This document shows positions 13,215 through 26,316 of a stretch of 63,961 nt of DNA, in pieces. A program made the position numbers and the translations under genes. Positions within the stretch are counted from its first letter, which is position 1. The number at the start of each line of letters is the position of its first letter. Where the stretch lies: NCBI RefSeq assembly GCF_001194135.2, contig NC_068995.1, positions 46,531,999-46,595,959 on the forward strand, written 5' to 3'. Origin of the DNA: Octopus bimaculoides. Lineage: Eukaryota. Under the pieces are notes generated by a model that worked only from the letters and a program-made list of their open reading frames with translations, did no database searches and was not told the DNA's origin.

Positions 13215-13330
13215 TTATGCTGGACTGATCATTGTACGGTCGTACGTTCAATTCATGGATTCGGCAGTGCGATGTACCCTTGAGTAAGGCTTTTCATTTA
13301 ATGATGGTCATGTGTACTTGCCTGAAAATG
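13215..13330 (+). mobile_element. Highly degenerate SINE F3
   Basis: GTTCAATTC B-box, GTACCCTTGAGTAAGGC and AAAATGAGTACC motifs collinear with the F3 core. Confidence 0.45.
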
Positions 13331-13936
13331 AGTACCAGTCGCCGTTTGGTGTAACATGCTTCTCTCGCCCTCCGGCTGTCACATCCTCGATGTTCCGCTA
13401 GTGTAAAGAGGGCGAAGATCGAGATCTCATCTGCGTGGGCTCGAAACCAGCACATACCTATAAACAAGTAGTGAAAGTGGGGTACAAACTCCCAGGTCGT
13501 AATCACTTACGAGTGACAGACGAGCGAATGAAAGGTTTATTCGTCAGCGCTAGAATTTGAAATTGGAACCTTGAGAGTGCGAAATATTGTAAAGCACAGA
13601 GAACGGATCGTTTGAATTCTGAGATACGACAACTAGCAAGGAGGAATGGGGGGGGGGTGTTCTATAATTTATCGTAATACAGGGATTTTAGAACCGTTAC
13701 ACCTCATTTCTCAAGGAATTCGGTAAACTTTCGACTTCCCTCGATATAAATCCTATTTTAATTAACTTTTCCTTTATTACGAACTCAAATGGGGTTACAC
13801 ACACATACAAAGACACACACATACACACACACATATGTATATGTTTATACATACATATATATACTACACATACATACATGCATGTAGATAAGTGTACATT
13901 TTCATGTGGAGATATGCACACACATATAGGTTAAAG

Positions 13937-13983
<47 letters not shown>

Positions 13984-14604
13984 NNNNNNNNNNNNNNNNN
14001 NNNNNNNNNNNNNNNNNNNNNNNNNNNNNNNNNNNNNNNNNNNNNNNNNNNNNNNNNNNNNNNNNNNNNNNNNNNNNNNNNNNNNNNNNNNNNNNNNNNN
14101 NNNNNNNNNNNNNNNNNNNNNNNNNNNNNNNNNNNNNNNNNNNNNNNNNNNNNNNNNNNNNNNNNNNNNNNNNNNNNNNNNNNNNNNNNNNNNNNNNNNN
14201 NNNNNNNNNNNNNNNNNNNNNNNNNNNNNNNNNNNNNNNNNNNNNNNNNNNNNNNNNNNNNNNNNNNNNNNNNNNNNNNNNNNNNNNNNNNNNNNNNNNN
14301 NNNNNNNNNNNNNNNNNNNNNNNNNNNNNNNNNNNNNNNNNNNNNNNNNNNNNNNNNNNNNNNNNNNNNNNNNNNNNNNNNNNNNNNNNNNNNNNNNNNN
14401 NNNNNNNNNNNNNNNNNNNNNNNNNNNNNNNNNNNNNNNNNNNNNNNNNNNNNNNNNNNNNNNNNNNNNNNNNNNNNNNNNNNNNNNNNNNNNNNNNNNN
14501 NNNNNNNNNNNNNNNNNNNNTATATGTATATATATTTATATATACATATATATATATATATATATACACACACATATATATATACACATACATACATACA
14601 TACA

Positions 14605-14640
<36 letters not shown>

Positions 14641-14809
14641 TATATGTATATACATATACATATATGAAACCCGTCAATTTCTCAGTGAACCGGTCAATCC
14701 TTAGAACAAATATATTTCCAACAAATTAGACCTACTTCATAATTCCTGCAAGAAAAATGAAAAAAACGATGGTTTCCATATTTGCTTACTTTCTTAATTT
14801 AAATTGCAC

Positions 14810-14866
<57 letters not shown>

Positions 14867-15197
14867 TTTGCTCGCTTCTACCCTCAGAATTTATTTGACA
14901 TCGTCACACATTCACACATCACTTCATTTGACTTCCTTTCCTACCTACAGCATTTCAATCTTTCCTAATTATTTTGCATTTTATTGCACGGCTTATGTCT
15001 GTGTAAGTGGAAGGGAAGGAAGTATATTTTAATTTCTTTATCATATACTCTTACAATCGTTTCCTATATTCTGAAAGACTCACTCCTTGACCCGGATTGG
15101 ATCTCGGCCAACCAACCCACATAGAATCAAAATCAAAACGAAAAGCAAAAATCCCCCAAATGTAAATGGCTTTACGGAAATAATTAGTAAGTTAGTA

Positions 15198-15360
15198 AGG
15201 CGCAGGCGTGGCGTGTAGTAAGAAGGGTGCTTGCTAACTACATGATCCGGGTTCGGTCCCACTGCGTGGCATCTTGGGCAATTTCTTACTGATATAGCTT
15301 CGAGCCGACTATAGCTTTATGAGCCAACTTGGTAGACGGAAAATATGAGAAGCCTGATGT
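15198..15360 (+). mobile_element. SINE F2, 5' half, running into (CA)n
   Basis: AGGCGCAGGCGTGGCGTGTAGTAAG...CCGGGTTCGGTCCCACTGCGTGGCATCTTGGGCAA...GGTAGACGGAAA; same sequence as the minus copies at 20410 and 45335. Confidence 0.85.
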
Positions 15361-15448
15361 TTCACCGACTGTTCTTCTTCGTATACTCACACACACACAC
15401 GCACACACAGGCACACACACACACACACACGCACACGCACACACACAC

Positions 15449-15486
<38 letters not shown>

Positions 15487-15708
15487 NNNNNNNNNNNNNN
15501 NNNNNNNNNNNNNNNNNNNNNNNNNNNNNNNNNNNNNNNNNNNNNNNNNNNNNNNNNNNNNNNNNNNNNNNNNNNNNNNNNNNNNNNNNNNNNNNNNNNN
15601 NNNNNNNNNNNNNNNNNNNNNNNNNNNNNNNNNNNNNNNNNNNNNNNNNNNNNNNNNNNNNNNNNNNNNNNNNNNNNNNNNNNNNNNNNNNNNNNNNNNN
15701 NNNNNNNN

Positions 15709-15850
15709 GGCCGATATAGCTTGGCACCAGTGACGTCGCAACTCATTTCGACTGCTGAGCGAGCTGGAGCAACGTGAAATAAAGTGTGCTGCTGAACTCA
15801 CATCCTCCCGATCGCAAGCTCGACGCTCTAACCATTGAGACATGCGCCTT
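15709..15850 (-). mobile_element. SINE F3 with an internal deletion after the B-box
   Basis: Minus strand GAAGGCGCATGTCTCAATGGTTAGAGCGTCG...GAGTTC|AGCAGCACACTTTATTTCACGTTGCTCCAG..AAATGAGTTGCGACGTC. Confidence 0.8.
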
Positions 15851-18307
15851 CATACTGGAAAAATTATACAAATGTATAAATAGTTGTTGAGTACAGCACC
15901 GACACAGTTTAGGTTACTTGTTGTTATCCGAAGGGACCTAAAACAACGGGTCGAAACAACGGTCGTACTCAGAAAAGTCTAATACACATTCCATCCCTAA
16001 ATTATGTTTATAATTATAAAAGTTTTACCGATAAAGGTTTTTTTGCATACCGAACAATTTGGCAAAATTGTTAATTATTAATTTATTAATGAATTGACAA
16101 TTCCCTTCCCAATATCTATATACATTTATATATATATATATATATAGTCAATCAAACGGTTCCTTTATGGAAGTTAATAATGTATGAAACTTGTCGATCC
16201 CTGTATAAAAGAAAAAATACTCGCCAAGTTACCGTTCAGTTGCCATCTACATAATTTTATTCCTAAGGACCCGTGGAGAGCATGCTATCATCACTGTGAA
16301 GGGAGCAAATATATTTCCATGTTTCAGTAAATTTAGATGATTTTAATGTTTACCGTTCTTAGAATTCACTGCTTTAATAGAGAAAAAATAAGTGATAAGT
16401 AATGAATTGAATAGCTACCATGTGCACAACCCTCCATTCGGTGTTCAAAACAAATCCTATTATATTTTTATAATTAACTATCATTAGAAAATGTTTAAAA
16501 CAAAATAGGTGAAATATTTTGTGCCTTGTAGGGATATCAGAAATTTATCGAGCATAATTTTAACCACAAAATGTTAAAGGGACTCCAAGGGTCATATAGA
16601 CTACGATTCAGAACCAGTGTTTTAGACAGTCCAGTGTGATTTGAGGAAAATATTTCTGTTATTCCTAGCAGGTGGATCAGCCCACGTACGGCTCTCGTTG
16701 GTAGGGAAGTAGATGGTGCTGGCTACGTTCTTAATATTAGTGTTGATGTGTGTGTGTGTGTGCGGCATTATATGTAAGTTTTTCTCCACCTCCACCACCA
16801 CCACCACCACCACCTGCTAAACTTCAAACACCAAACAATCAACAGTAATAAGGAAGCGGGTCTCTGGTGATTAATTACGTCCATGTTATACTTAGGGAAA
16901 GAGGAATTCAATTAAAATAAAATTACATGCAAAGTGTACCATCTTTGATTATCTTCCGACTGGAATTTGCTACTCAGCTCAACCGATTGGCAAAAAAANN
17001 NNNNNNNNNNNNNNNNNNNNNNNNNNNNNNNNNNNNNNNNNNNNNNNNNNNNNNNNNNNNNNNNNNNNNNNNNNNNNNNNNNNNNNNNNNNNNNNNNNNN
17101 NNNNNNNNNNNNNNNNNNNNNNNNNNNNNNNNNNNNNNNNNNNNNNNNNNNNNNNNNNNNNNNNNNNNNNNNNNNNNNNNNNNNNNNNNNNNNNNNNNNN
17201 NNNNNNNNNNNNNNNNNNNNNNNNNNNNNNNNNNNNNNNNNNNNNNNNNNNNNNNNNNNNNNNNNNNNNNNNNNNNNNNNNNNNNNNNNNNNNNNNNNNN
17301 NNNNNNNNNNNNNNNNNNNNNNNNNNNNNNNNNNNNNNNNNNNNNNNNNNNNNNNNNNNNNNNNNNNNNNNNNTATATATATATATATATATGCACACAC
17401 AGCTGCCTGTGTGGAGATATTTGGAGATACGTAAGTAGTTTTTAGTTTTACGCGTGGGCTGTGATGAATGGAGAGTCATTTAACGTAGGCTCAAATCTGG
17501 TTTGTATCACAACAAATACTTTCCTCTGGAATTTTATTGTCTTTATTTTGTTTTTTTTTCAATATTGTAACTTCTTTCTTTATACGTATTTGCTTCCAAT
17601 GAAATCTGTTTTATCGTAGGCAAAATTTTCAGTAAGGAGAAAGACAAAAAAATAAACAGAACAACAATTCCATATACATGTATATTTGAACATAGAAGCA
17701 CACACTTACACATACACATAAACTTATATATATTTGGGGTACGAGTTGAAAATGCTGCAACCTGTATTTTCATCCTTTAATCAAAATTTTCCCAACGGTA
17801 ATTGCCAATTTGGTGATCTGAAAATATGAAAAAATAAGAAAACAAATCCAGTATATTTCTTAAATGTAAGAAATAAACCTGCGTAAAAAATGCTTTTCAC
17901 TCACCTCTACCCACGCGCAAAACTATCTATAACCACAGCTACCCTTATATATGCATATTAATAAATGCATGCATGTGTGCATACGTGCATATACATATAA
18001 AACTAAAGTTTAAGGGTATAGAAATGAAGAAAAACAAGAAGATATGTCGTTTAGGGATCATGCAAAAATGCAACATAGAAAATTGGACTCGTACCATTGG
18101 CAGTTTGCATGCATACAAACATGCATACGCAGATGAGTTAGGTGATCAATTCGTACGCACACACACACACACACACACACAAACAAACAAACACACACAC
18201 ACTCATACGCACACACACATGTATGTATATACATAGTTAATATGTAAATACATTAACGCAATTATATGCACCAAAACGTATATAATCATTATATAACATA
18301 TTATATA

Positions 18308-18369
<62 letters not shown>

Positions 18370-19379
18370 TTATCTATCTATCTGTATATATGTATATATA
18401 TGGCAAATGTATGTATGTATATATATGTGTGTATATATTTGATCATATATAAAGGATCATATACATGCATAGAATTTTTGAAGAAATATGTCAATAATGG
18501 CGTGAAAGTTTTTTAAATCTGTTTAGTGTGCATGAAACACCCACGCAATCCCACGCAAGGCTTTCTTCAATAATACAGAAAAAACGTATAAATGCATGCT
18601 TGCATATATATATATATATAAATATATATACATACATACACACATATATATACATGCATATATATATGTGTGTATATGTATATATATATAAGTATATATG
18701 TGTATATATATGTATGCGCGTGTACATAATGTATGCGAGCATATATAAGTATGGATGTATATATTCTAATATATATATATATATATATACATTTATGTGT
18801 GTGTGTATGTATATGTATATACACATTCATGTGCGAGCAAAAATTTTTCATAACATTTTTATATTGTTTAACAAACTGACGCGTGGGCTTTNNNNNNNNN
18901 NNNNNNNNNNNNNNNNNNNNNNNNNNNNNNNNNNNNNNNNNNNNNNNNNNNNNNNNNNNNNNNNNNNNNNNNNNNNNNNNNNNNNNNNNNNNNNNNNNNN
19001 NNNNNNNNNNNNNNNNNNNNNNNNNNNNNNNNNNNNNNNNNNNNNNNNNNNNNNNNNNNNNNNNNNNNNNNNNNNNNNNNNNNNNNNNNNNNNNNNNNNN
19101 NNNNNNNNNNNNNNNNNNNNNNNNNNNNNNNNNNNNNNNNNNNNNNNNNNNNNNNNNNNNNNNNNNNNNNNNNNNNNNNNNNNNNNNNNNNNNNNNNNNN
19201 NNNNNNNNNNNNNNNNNNNNNNNNNNNNNNNNNNNNNNNNNNNNNNNNNNNNNNNNNNNNNNNNNNNNNNNNNNNNNNNNNNNNNNNNNNNNNNNNNNNN
19301 NNNNNNNNNNNNNNNNNNNNNNNNNNNNNNNNNNNNNNNNNNNNNNNNNNNNNNNNNNNNNNNNNNNNNNNNNNNNNNN

Positions 19380-19425
<46 letters not shown>

Positions 19426-20011
19426 GATATACATACAGATGTTATATCAATGAGGGTCTATGTGTGCGCGTGTTTGGGTATGAGCAAGCGTGCAGCTTCT
19501 TGTGGAACAATGCTAAGCAATGCTAAGATGATGCACAGCAGTCTCATGCAATTGCAAAAACGCCTGGATGCAGATATGCGTTTATATATGTTTATTGCTA
19601 TATATATATATATATATGTGCACACTCATAATTCCACAAACACACTCGCACTCACGTATGAAATACAAGTCCCTTTTCACATCTATCTAACAATCTATCG
19701 ATCTGGCTATATTTATTTATATTTATATTTATATAGTTACACATGTATATGTTTGTGTATATATATATACATGTATATGTGTTTGTGTGTGCATAAATAA
19801 ATATGCATATTTATACATACAGGTGTGAGTGTGCGAATGTGTGTGTGCGCGTATTTGTGCGCGCGTGTGTAAATGTGTGCGTGTGCTCATGCTCATAATA
19901 TAGTGGGCAACAAGATTTACTTTACCATAATTTAACTGAATTATATGGTAGCAATACAAATTTGGGGTTATTATCTTATATCCCCTCTCACTCATTCTCT
20001 CTCTCCCTCTC

Positions 20012-20062
<51 letters not shown>

Positions 20063-20409
20063 ATATGTATATATATGTGTGAGTGCGTGTGTGTGTGTAT
20101 ATATACGTATGTATGTATATGTATATTTGTCTTTTTCGATATGCATCCGTATCACATGCCGAAATATGTTATCTTTGAATGTTATTCTCTGCATTTATTC
20201 AAAATATTGGGTTGCGTGACTATAGGCGGGCGATACGTTTGTTTATGAAATAAATTCGTTTTACTTCGCATAAAATTATTGGCAATCGAGGGAAGAATCT
20301 CTTACAATGTTTTTATAAACTGATATTCAAATAATTTATTGCATTGAATACTAATATTTTAAATAATATAAATTAATAACTTGCTTCTGCTGGTTTTAAT
20401 TTTTTTCGT

Positions 20410-20889
20410 CTTTTAACTTTTACTCGTTATAGTCATTAGACTGTGGCCATGCTGGGGCGCTACCTTGACTGATTTTAAGTCGAACAAGTCGATCGCAGAG
20501 GTTACATATGTTCTAAAGCGTGGTACGTATTCTAATGTTCTCTTTTGCTAATTCGCTAAGTTACGGAGACGTAATCATACCACCGCCAGTTGTCAAGGGG
20601 TGGATGAGACAAACACAGACACAAAGACACACGCACACATGCACACGCACACACACACACACACACACACGCACACATACACATACCCACACAGACTAAC
20701 GCATACGCGAGCATACGCCCCACCCCTTATATTCATGTATCTGACACTTTCATTTTCGATCTACCAAATCGACTCACAAGGTTTCCGTTATTGCAGAAGA
20801 CACTTGCCCAAGTTGCCACGCAGGGGAACTGAATCCAGAACCATGTGATTGGAAAGCACACTTCGTACCACACGACAACGCCTGTGCCT
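20410..20889 (-). mobile_element. Full-length SINE F2 with an internal (CA)n microsatellite
   Basis: tRNA-like head 20770-20889, (CA)n about 20625-20715, and 3' half (AAGTTACGGAGACGTAA, AGTCATTAGACTGTGGCCATGCTGG) in one collinear unit. Confidence 0.85.
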
Positions 20890-21165
20890 ATGTTTATATT
20901 TATTATTACGTGAATTGATCAAGTCAGTAAACTTCCAGAACGATACTGCAAAAATGGCTGCTAAAAAATCATTCACCACCCACATTAACGTTTGACCAAC
21001 GTGATTCGAGAAGAAACATCACTATCATCTTTTTTTGATACGTTGAAATGGTAAACTAATATCTTTCATACCATAACTTCATCTTCCTTCATCTTTCTTT
21101 ATTTTGCGTCTACGCGTCTTCCTGCGTCTTCCCTCCTCTTCCCCTTCCAAATTCTTCATCCATTC

Positions 21166-21300
21166 CAGTGGTTCTTAACTGGGGTCTACATGACCCCCTG
21201 GGGTTCCGCATAAGGTTTTTGGTATCCACGCCAAGCAAAATAATAAATTGAGGTCCCAGAGTAGTATTTTAAGGATCCACGGATAAAGTTTGGTTTATAG
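21166..21300 (+). mobile_element. Possible hAT (Charlie-like) MITE, left end only
   Basis: Begins CAGTGGTTCTTAAC, like the CAGTGGTTCTCAA termini of hAT MITEs, followed by GGGGTC..GACCCCCTGGGG; no matching right TIR found. Confidence 0.4.
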
Positions 21301-22099
21301 ATGTATTTATTGCAAGAAACAACTAGATTTCTTTCTCAAAATAATCAGAATAGACGTAATTTTTGTATCCAACACCTGCATGAGAGTACCCACCCCTATC
21401 CCAGTCACAATGACCGCTGGCACTTGAGGTTAAAGGGAGACCGGAATCATCCTCCAAGAGAGCATGAAACACTCAGGAAAAGTACATCTATAACTCTTGC
21501 ATGAAATAACAAAGAGAATGGTGAACGACTGGCTGCAAATGAAGGGCATCATCGCAACATTTTACGTTTCTCTTTACATGTCTGTTTGTCTATTTGTCTG
21601 CCTGTCTGTCAGTCTGTCTATCTGCCTATATATCTATCTGTCTATCTCTCTATATATGTGTGTGTGTGCATGTATATATATATATATACGTGTGTGTGTG
21701 TGTGTGTGTCTGTGTGTCTTTATACTGACTCACACACTGGCACGCACACACACTCATATACATTAATCACTATCATTCTATTTTCCCTCCCCTCGTACAT
21801 CCAAACTCTTCTTCTGCATGTTATTAATTTCTCTCCCTCCCTTTCTCTCTCTCAGTTCCACGATCACTCTTCTGCCTGTCTTTCTATAAAATTACTTCAT
21901 TTTTCTACCCTCTCTCTTTCTTATTCTTATACCCTTTCTATTATTCTGCTATTCTGGATACTTATTTATTCCCGTTCTTTGTGCAGAAATTTGTTCGTGA
22001 TCCTTTTTTTCCATACTCTTCATCAGTTCTTGCGTTGTATATGTTTTTCGTTCTTTCCCTTCTCTGAATTTCTTTTCTTATTCTCTTAGAATCGATTCT

Positions 22100-22144
22100 T
22101 CTCCATTCACCCACGTATGTTCCCCTAATTTTACAAGTATCTTC

Positions 22145-22206
<62 letters not shown>

Positions 22207-22257
22207 ATCTCTCCTTCGTTCTCTATAACTTTCTGTGTGTGTGTATATATATATATG

Positions 22258-22296
<39 letters not shown>

Positions 22297-22554
22297 ACAT
22301 ACACGCACACAGATATATATATATATAGAGAGTATTTATGCATGTAAATGTATATATATATATATATATATGTATGTACATATAAATGTGTATATAAATA
22401 TACATATACATATATATAAGTGAATGTATGTATAAATAATTGTATATATATATACACATATATGCAACTGTATGCACACAGTTATGCATAAACACACACA
22501 TACATATATACATCCGTACATACATACACGCACGCATATATTTATATACTCACA

Positions 22555-22593
<39 letters not shown>

Positions 22594-22600
22594 ATGAATA
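22100..22600. repeat. (TATC)n, (CA)n, (TA)n and (TG)n microsatellite cluster
   Basis: Directly visible. Confidence 0.95.
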
Positions 22601-22779
22601 ATTGAGCTGCATGCATGCTACCATTTTAAGATCAATATCCTCAAATATCTAGCATAAATTTGAATTATTACGTCTCAACCTGTTTTTACCTCCATAAAAT
22701 CTGTGTAGCAGGGACTGCGGAAATGCATAGAATCTGCCGCTAAAAGTTGCTTTGATCATCGCAACGATGATCGCTTTGA

Positions 22780-23296
22780 TAACGACAACAATTATGATGT
22801 CGATGGTGATGGCCCTACTGGTTTCTGATAGCAATGGTAACGGTGGTAATGGTGGTGTAGGTGGTGATGATCATCATAGTGATAAACATGTTCATAGTCA
22901 CGTTGATGTTGATGCTTCGCTTTGGTGTTGATCCTGCGTTGAAGTGGCAAAGGTGGAATTATTGTTGATGTTTTTTGATGATTTTTTTCTTCTTCATGAT
23001 TGTGACGAGGGGGCGGTGAAGATGGAGATTATGATAACGGTGGTAGTAGCGGTGGTGGTATTTGTGGCGATGGTGGTTGTATTGTTGGTAGTATTTAATG
23101 ATGATGATGACGAGAACGAGGACAACGGCGACTATGTCGACTACGACGACGACGACGTCGACGATGATGATGATAATGATGACGAAGAGGATGCTGCTGC
23201 TGCTGCTGATGATGATGATGATGATAAGGATGATGATGATGATGATGATAAGGATGATGATGATGATGATGATAAGGATAAGGATGCTGCTACTGC

Positions 23297-23337
<41 letters not shown>

Positions 23338-23830
23338 ATGACGATGACGATGACGATGATGATGATGACGATGACGATGATGACGATGACGATGATGATG
23401 ATGATGATGATGATAAGGATGCTGCTGCTGATGATGAAGATTATGATAATGATGATGATGATGATGGTGATAGGACGGAGGATAGTCATCCTAATGCTTG
23501 TTATGCTTGTATCACTGGTATTATACTAATGTCCAACATACTGGTGATGCTGGTTGCGGAGGTAGTATTAATGGTGTTGGTGATGGTGATAATGATAACA
23601 ACGATGCTGTTGGTAGCGGTGGTGTTTGTGTTGGTGATGATGATTATAATGGGGATGATAATGATGATGGTGATGATGATGATGGTCATGCTGATGACGA
23701 CGACGACGACGATGGCAATGACGGTGATGATAACGATGAGGTACGGGTAATGGTTGTTTGTATTCGCGTCTGTTATTTAAGAGTGTTGATGGAAAAGAGC
23801 AGTAAATATGAATAATAACTACAGCATACA

Positions 23831-23924
<94 letters not shown>

Positions 23925-24212
23925 TTGAATATGGCGATGTTCGTTTTAAATTGCGGGGGTTGATTACATACACCGCTGGAAATTTACAGCTTACTCTTCT
24001 GGATCTGTTGATGTTGACGATGATGACTACGACGACCATGATGATGACGATGATGATGATGATGGTGGTGGCGGCGGTGGTGGTGATGACGATGATGGTG
24101 GTGGTATTGGTGTTTGTGGTAGGGGCAGTGGACGTTGTGGTTTTGTTCGTAATGATGATGATGATGATGGTGGTGTTGATGTTAAGGATGATGATTATGA
24201 AGTTGATATGTT
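22780..24212. repeat. Mosaic trinucleotide tract: (GAT)n, (GAC)n, (GCT)n, (GGT)n, (AAT)n
   Basis: In-phase trinucleotide runs, including a 21-bp higher-order unit (GAT)6AAG at about 23207-23270; the overlapping ORFs are homopolymeric. Confidence 0.93.
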
Positions 24213-24697
24213 AACAAGGAATAACGCTCTGAAATAGCCTACGNNNNNNNNNNNNNNNNNNNNNNNNNNNNNNNNNNNNNNNNNNNNNNNNNNNNNNNNN
24301 NNNNNNNNNNNNNNNNNNNNNNNNNNNNNNNNNNNNNNNNNNNNNNNNNNNNNNNNNNNNNNNNNNNNNNNNNNNNNTTCTAGCTTTCGGCAAATTCAGT
24401 CATTCTCTATTATTTCATCTCATGCTGTTTTCCTCTTTGTCAGCCTCACAAACTCTTAACGTGTGTACCCGAACAAACAACCTGGTTACATGTGGATTCT
24501 GTGGTTTTGCCACCCACATATTCTAAACTTTTCTATCTCGTCATTTCTTAAAGCATTTTTGTTGCTTTTATTTTGTCTTGTTTTTTTTTTTTTTCCCTGA
24601 CATTGAAATTTTTGAATTTATCATATATTGAATTCGTTCGAAAATTTATCCGATTCTTAAGGAATTGGATATTGATTGTTCAATTGTTTAATTTTAG

Positions 24698-24866
24698 GCG
24701 TAGCGTGAGGTACACATGAACGGAAGGAAACATCCATGAAACGGAAAAAGTCACGCGGGTGACTGCAATGATAAGCACGAGTGGGTGAGATAGCAATGAG
24801 CAGAAACGATCAGAGGTTCATCTCCTGCCAGTACCGACAACGTGTAATGGTGTGTGCTTGGCAAAG
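24698..24866 (+). other. Candidate spliced exon (5'UTR with short uORFs and a possible start MSRNDQRFISCQYRQRVMVCAWQ)
   Basis: Acceptor TTTAATTTTAG|G at 24697/24698, donor AAG|GTATGA at 24866/24867, non-repetitive and GC-richer than the flanks; ATG at 24796 is open to the donor. Confidence 0.3.
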
Positions 24867-25124
24867 GTATGATTCATCTCTCAAATGCAAGATTTTCATT
24901 AGCTAATAATTCTAAGTGTGAGTTCTTTAGCGGTTTAAACTACGTTTGTGGGGACCTGTCAGCATACCCTGATTCCATTTATATCGGAACGTCTGAAATG
25001 TGAAGTCAGAAATAACGATCCAACAATAGGACTTAGATTACTACCCCTTAGTAATTCACCCCCAGCATTTTCATTCTTCGCATCTGTTGGTTTAGCGTAT
25101 GGACGGTGTGTACGCTAGCCTTAT

Positions 25125-25570
25125 CCAGTCTCAAGGTCAACTATTCATGACATCATCCAGTCGCAAGGTCATCTGTTTACAAGGTCAACCATTCATGGTG
25201 TCAACTGTTCACAAGAACATGTATCTTAAATACTTGACCTTGTGAATAGTTGACACCATGAACGCTTGTCCTTGTGAATAGCTGACCTTGGGACTGCTTG
25301 ACCTTATGAATGGTTGACTTGGTGAATAGTTGACTTTAATAATGTTTGGCATTGTGAATGGTCAAATTTATGAATTGTTGACCTTGTGATTCGGTGACGT
25401 TGTGATTGACTGACCGTGTGAAGGGTTGACTATCTGATCTTATTTATGGTTAAAATTGCAAATGGCTGACTTTATGAAGAGTTGATCTTATGAATCACTG
25501 ATAAATTGAATTGCACGCATTAGGAATAGCAAACACTGTGAATAGTTGACCTTGACATGATCTTTGTGAT
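25125..25570. repeat. Palindromic minisatellite of 16-bp units (consensus TTGACCTTGTGAATAG): about 6 units inverted plus about 21 direct; Foldback-like
   Basis: 16-bp period (CAAGGTCA at 25132, 25164, 25180; TGACCTTG at 25235, 25283, 25379); symmetry axis near 25227; perfect 17-bp inverted repeat at 25131-25147 and 25539-25555. Confidence 0.9.
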
Positions 25571-26212
25571 AACGCTTTCTTTTGAGCACAAATCTAGGAT
25601 CGATCTATGGCCCTTGGAGATTATTAGGGCTTGCCAGTCCGTTTTGACTTTCCTTTAACCAAATGCTAACTTTCATCAATGCAACTTTCAACGCTATTTC
25701 ATACTGTGATACAGTAAATACTAGCCATCGATTTACGTTGCTTCCGATATTTCTCATCGTCACTCTTATCCTTCTTTAAGCCATATACTGGGGCATAAAT
25801 ATTTAGTCAGCGGTAAGTCTGAAGATTTCACCTCATGTATCGTTTGAGCCATCACTCTTCAAGGTACAGCATATAATGCTGAACCTCCACGATATTTCGT
25901 TTTCGATTGAGAGTTAATGTAACTCGATATGTGCTGGAGATCTTATTACGAAAGATTTAGTCACCTTTTGCCCTTTCATAAGCACAAATATATAATTTTA
26001 ATTTATCTCTTGGCCCTTCCTGGTGTTCGGTTTCTCTTGCCGACATGTCACTGTGATAGATTAAAAAATTTTTCTTTGTCCAGTTTGTATTAAGAGGAAG
26101 CTTGACACTGGATGGCGCTTGAAAAATAAGGGGTGTTACGTTAGTTCACTGGTAGTGAACAGCTGGTACCGTAGTACACCTCCAGCGTTAGAACCTGTGC
26201 AAAGACAATAAA

Positions 26213-26272
26213 ATAACAACAACAACATCAACAACAACAATAACAACAACAACACTAATAATAATAATAATA

Positions 26273-26303
<31 letters not shown>

Positions 26304-26316
26304 TAGTAATAATAAT
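26213..26316. repeat. (AAC)n/(AAT)n microsatellite
   Basis: Directly visible. Confidence 0.95.

Noticed and set aside
22944-23750. 268-aa Asp-rich ORF with DDDDDDK repeats (FLAG/enterokinase-like)
   Set aside because: It is a translation of (GAT)n/(GCT)n/(GGT)n mosaics; all overlapping frames give homopolymers, and there are no splice signals or domain features.
25125-25570. CRISPR array or coding repeat
   Set aside because: Units are contiguous with no unique spacers, the context is eukaryotic, the 16-bp period is not a codon multiple and no long ORF spans it.
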